DNA of 62,889 nt, filler included, from Octopus bimaculoides (taxonomy: Eukaryota): assembly GCF_001194135.2 (NCBI RefSeq). It is 5 parts of 5 records of this genome, joined end to end, with 100 filler letters (N's around TTAATTAATTAA, not from the genome) between each part and the next. Parts side by side here need not be neighbours in the genome. Positions count along the whole stretch, not along the records: positions 60,286 to 62,889 come from NC_069009.1; 4 more parts are not named here. One strand, given 5' to 3'. This document shows positions 60,186 through 62,889 of this stretch, piece after piece. The notes beneath the pieces are model-generated. The model saw nothing but the letters and a program-made list of their open reading frames with translations. It did no database searches and was not told where the DNA came from. Position 1 is the first letter of the stretch; the number at the start of each line of letters is the position of its first letter. A program made the position numbers and the translations under genes.

Positions 60186-60285
60186 NNNNNNNNNNNNNNN
60201 NNNNNNNNNNNNNNNNNNNNNNNNNNNNNTTAATTAATTAANNNNNNNNNNNNNNNNNNNNNNNNNNNNNNNNNNNNNNNNNNNN
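60186..60285. other. artificial assembly linker 44N-TTAATTAATTAA-44N
   Basis: Same 100-bp construct. Confidence 0.95.
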
Positions 60286-60676
60286 TATATATATATAAAC
60301 GCACTAATCTATTTTGGCGAACGTTACCGAACACAGACGATTGTTGCCGGAATCGCTTTTTCTTCAGATTCTCGGCCGCCATTGTGTAAGGCAATTTGCT
60401 GAGTCGTGATTGTACGTGTAAGAGCGTGCGCGCGAACAGACAGAACAGACACTAGTACCAAAAGTAGTGCAAAGATCGGAATGACTTTTGTATTAACTGA
60501 CGTATGTTGTTGAAGGTGACAGATTAACTCTTCTTTTGTTCTGTCATTTAAACGAACTTTCGAGACCCCTTTGAAAACCTTCAGCTGGTTTTGGAGTGAG
60601 AAGCTTGCTTTCCCATTATGTGCAACTTTAAGGACCTGTCTCACTTAATGAAGTTCTGTATGTGTATATTCATCTA

Positions 60677-60933
60677 TTTATTTACTTGTTCTTTGTAAGC
60701 CTAGTACTTATTCTATCGGTATCTTTTGCCGGACCGCTAGGTTACGAGGACTAAACACAGCAACATCGGTTGTCAAACGATGGGGGTGGAAAACACAGAC
60801 ACAAATATATACATATACATATACATATATACGACAGGCTTCTTTCAGTTTCACAAGGCTTTGGTCGACCCGAACCTATAGTAGAAGACACTTGACCAAG
60901 GTGCCACTCAGTGGGACTGAACCCGGAACCATG
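60677..60933 (-). mobile_element. SINE family B, internally deleted
   Basis: ctttgtaagcctagtacttattctatcgg...tatagtagaagacacttgaccaaggtgccactcagtgggactgaacccggaaccatg. Confidence 0.88.
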
Positions 60934-60949
60934 AGGCTTGTAGAGTACG

Positions 60950-61065
60950 GTCATGTTGGAGCACCGCCAAGAAGAATTTTTAGTCGAATGCATTGATCCC
61001 AGGACTTAATTTTTCTTTTAAAGCCTGGTACTTATTCTATCGTCTCATTTGCAAAACCGCCAAGT

Positions 61066-61069
<4 letters not shown>
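60950..61069 (-). mobile_element. SINE family B, 3' fragment, running into (GA)n
   Basis: gtcatgttggagcaccgcc...aagcctggtacttattctatcg...ccgccaagttacg. Confidence 0.85.
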
Positions 61070-61129
<60 letters not shown>

Positions 61130-61880
61130 TGTTTAAGAGGGCAATAGAACTCGAAGAGAGTGAAACACTGGAATGACATGGTGTCGAGAGAATTGACGAG
61201 ATAAGTGAGGTCGGGGGAAGAGAGAAGAGGGTAACTCACATGTGAAACTCGAAAGTTATCTTAATATTGGGACAGATGTAGAGTAGAACGCTCAAAGTTT
61301 AGCATTGTCTAAGGGACTGACAAGTTCTCGAAGAATGGAAAGAATTGCAAGCGAAGGTTGTAGGGGGAGACGTNNNNNNNNNNNNNNNNNNNNNNNNNNN
61401 NNNNNNNNNNNNNNNNNNNNNNNNNNNNNNNNNNNNNNNNNNNNNNNNNNNNNNNNNNNNNNNNNNNNNNNNNNNNNNNNNNNNNNNNNNNNNNNNNNNN
61501 NNNNNNNNNNNNNNNNNNNNNNNNNNNNNNNNNNNNNNNNNNNNNNNNNNNNNNNNNNNNNNNNNNNNNNNNNNNNNNNNNNNNNNNNNNNNNNNNNNNN
61601 NNNNNNNNNNNNNNNNNNNNNNNNNNNNNNNNNNNNNNNNNNNNNNNNNNNNNNNNNNNNNNNNNNNNNNNNNNNNNNNNNNNNNNNNNNNNNNNNNNNN
61701 NNNNNNNNNNNNNNNNNNNNNNNNNNNNNNNNNNNNNNNNNNNNNNNNNNNNNNNNNNNNNNNNNNNNNNNNNNNNNNNNNNNNNNNNNNNNNNNNNNNN
61801 NNNNNNNNNNNNNNNNNNNNNNNNNNNNNNNNNNNNNNNNNNNNNNNNNNNNNNNNNNNNNNNNNNNNNNNNNNNNNNNN

Positions 61881-61916
<36 letters not shown>

Positions 61917-61921
<5 letters not shown>

Positions 61922-62120
61922 GTGTCTTTGTTTGTCCCCCTCCCCCCAACATCGCTTGACAACCGATGCTGGTGTGTTTACGTCCCCGTAACTTAATGGT
62001 TCGGCTAAAGACCGATAGAATAAGCACTAAGCTTACAGAAGAATAAATCCTAGGGTCGATTTGCTCGACTAAAGGCGGCGCTCCAGCATGGCCGCAGTCA
62101 AATGACTGAAACAAGTAAAA
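61917..62120 (+). mobile_element. SINE family B, 3' half, well preserved
   Basis: catcgcttgacaaccgatgctggtgtgtttacgtccccgtaac...ggcggcgctccagcatggccgcagtcaaatgactgaaacaagtaaaa. Confidence 0.92.
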
Positions 62121-62479
62121 TATATATAATATATACGCCAATAATGTATGTATGGGTCTATATGTGTGTGTGTGTGTATAAACATATATGTGTGGTGTCT
62201 CTGTGTGTGTACGCATGTCTTTCACTCCTGATGTATATGAATATACCTTTGTATGTGGATTATGCAAATATATGTGAATATATGTATGCCTGTGTGTGTG
62301 TGTGTGCACGTACGTATGTACATGAGTTTGTATGGGTGCGCGCGCACGCGGACACGCATGTCAACCGGGGAACATCTTTACTCTGCCATGGTGAAAAAGT
62401 AACTCTCCCATGACCAGAACTCCTGGAAATTCTCACACTACAACGGGCATAGACACCACTGGAGTACCAACAGACATGA

Positions 62480-62820
62480 GGGATTGGCGATGGCGGTTGT
62501 GAGGGGGTAGCGGTGCTGCTGCTGCTGGTAGGTGTGGTGGTGGTGGTGGTGGTGGAGGTTGTTGTGGCAGTGGTGGTGGTGGTGGTGGTCGTGGTGGTGG
62601 TGGTTGGCGGAGTAGTTGTGGGGGTTATAGTGGTGGTAGTGTATAGCATTGTGTGGTTGTGGTGATGATAGTTTGCAACAGTGGTGGAGGTGGTGCTGGT
62701 TGTAGTTGTATGATGTGGTGATGGTGTAGATGTGTAGAGGTAGTGCTGGAAGTGTGTAATGGTTTGGGGTGTAGTTGTCTTGTGTAATGGTGGTGTTGGT
62801 TGTGTGTAGTGACAGTGATG
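62480..62820. repeat. (GGT/TGG/TGT)n G-rich low-complexity tract
   Basis: Direct reading. Confidence 0.85.
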
Positions 62821-62856
62821 TGCTTAATGTATATTATATATGAAGCACATACACAT

Positions 62857-62889
<33 letters not shown>

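Noticed and set aside
60324-60644. 106-aa non-repetitive minus-strand ORF (MRQVLKVAHNG...)
   Set aside because: No recognisable motif; the length is attainable by chance.
767-62864. Dozens of long ORFs such as poly-YI, HT, CV, YLSI, SL and X runs
   Set aside because: They are stop-free readings of microsatellites and N gaps, not genes.

Overview
This is AT-rich, microsatellite-saturated, gappy animal genomic DNA. The SINE set and repeat style suggest an octopus/coleoid cephalopod draft assembly (inference). I can support no intact host protein-coding gene, and nearly all long ORFs in the track are microsatellite or N-run artefacts. The window contains: (1) at least five short-retroposon families (tRNA-headed SINE families A, B and C plus shorter elements), several copies with clear TSDs; (2) DNA transposon relics: a full-length dead mariner with TIRs and TA duplication (41817-43094), two mariner fragments, a circularly permuted Tc1 inside a SINE (39204-40634) and a TTAA MITE; (3) LINE relics: a Tx1/L1-type 5' half (12035-13765), an R4/Dong-type RT+RLE 3' half ending in (TAA)n (37131-38470), and an L1-type element whose endonuclease segment is present as a 324-bp inverted duplication (57107-58733); (4) several minisatellites. 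The best novelty candidate is a ~290-bp tRNA-headed element (20299-20584, minus). It carries a hammerhead-ribozyme core and is flanked by an inverted copy of its own 3' end, which suggests a Pol III SINE mobilised by Penelope-like elements. Other short repeats here carry weaker hammerhead-like relics. Four identical 44N-TTAATTAATTAA-44N linkers show the window is five artificially joined blocks.
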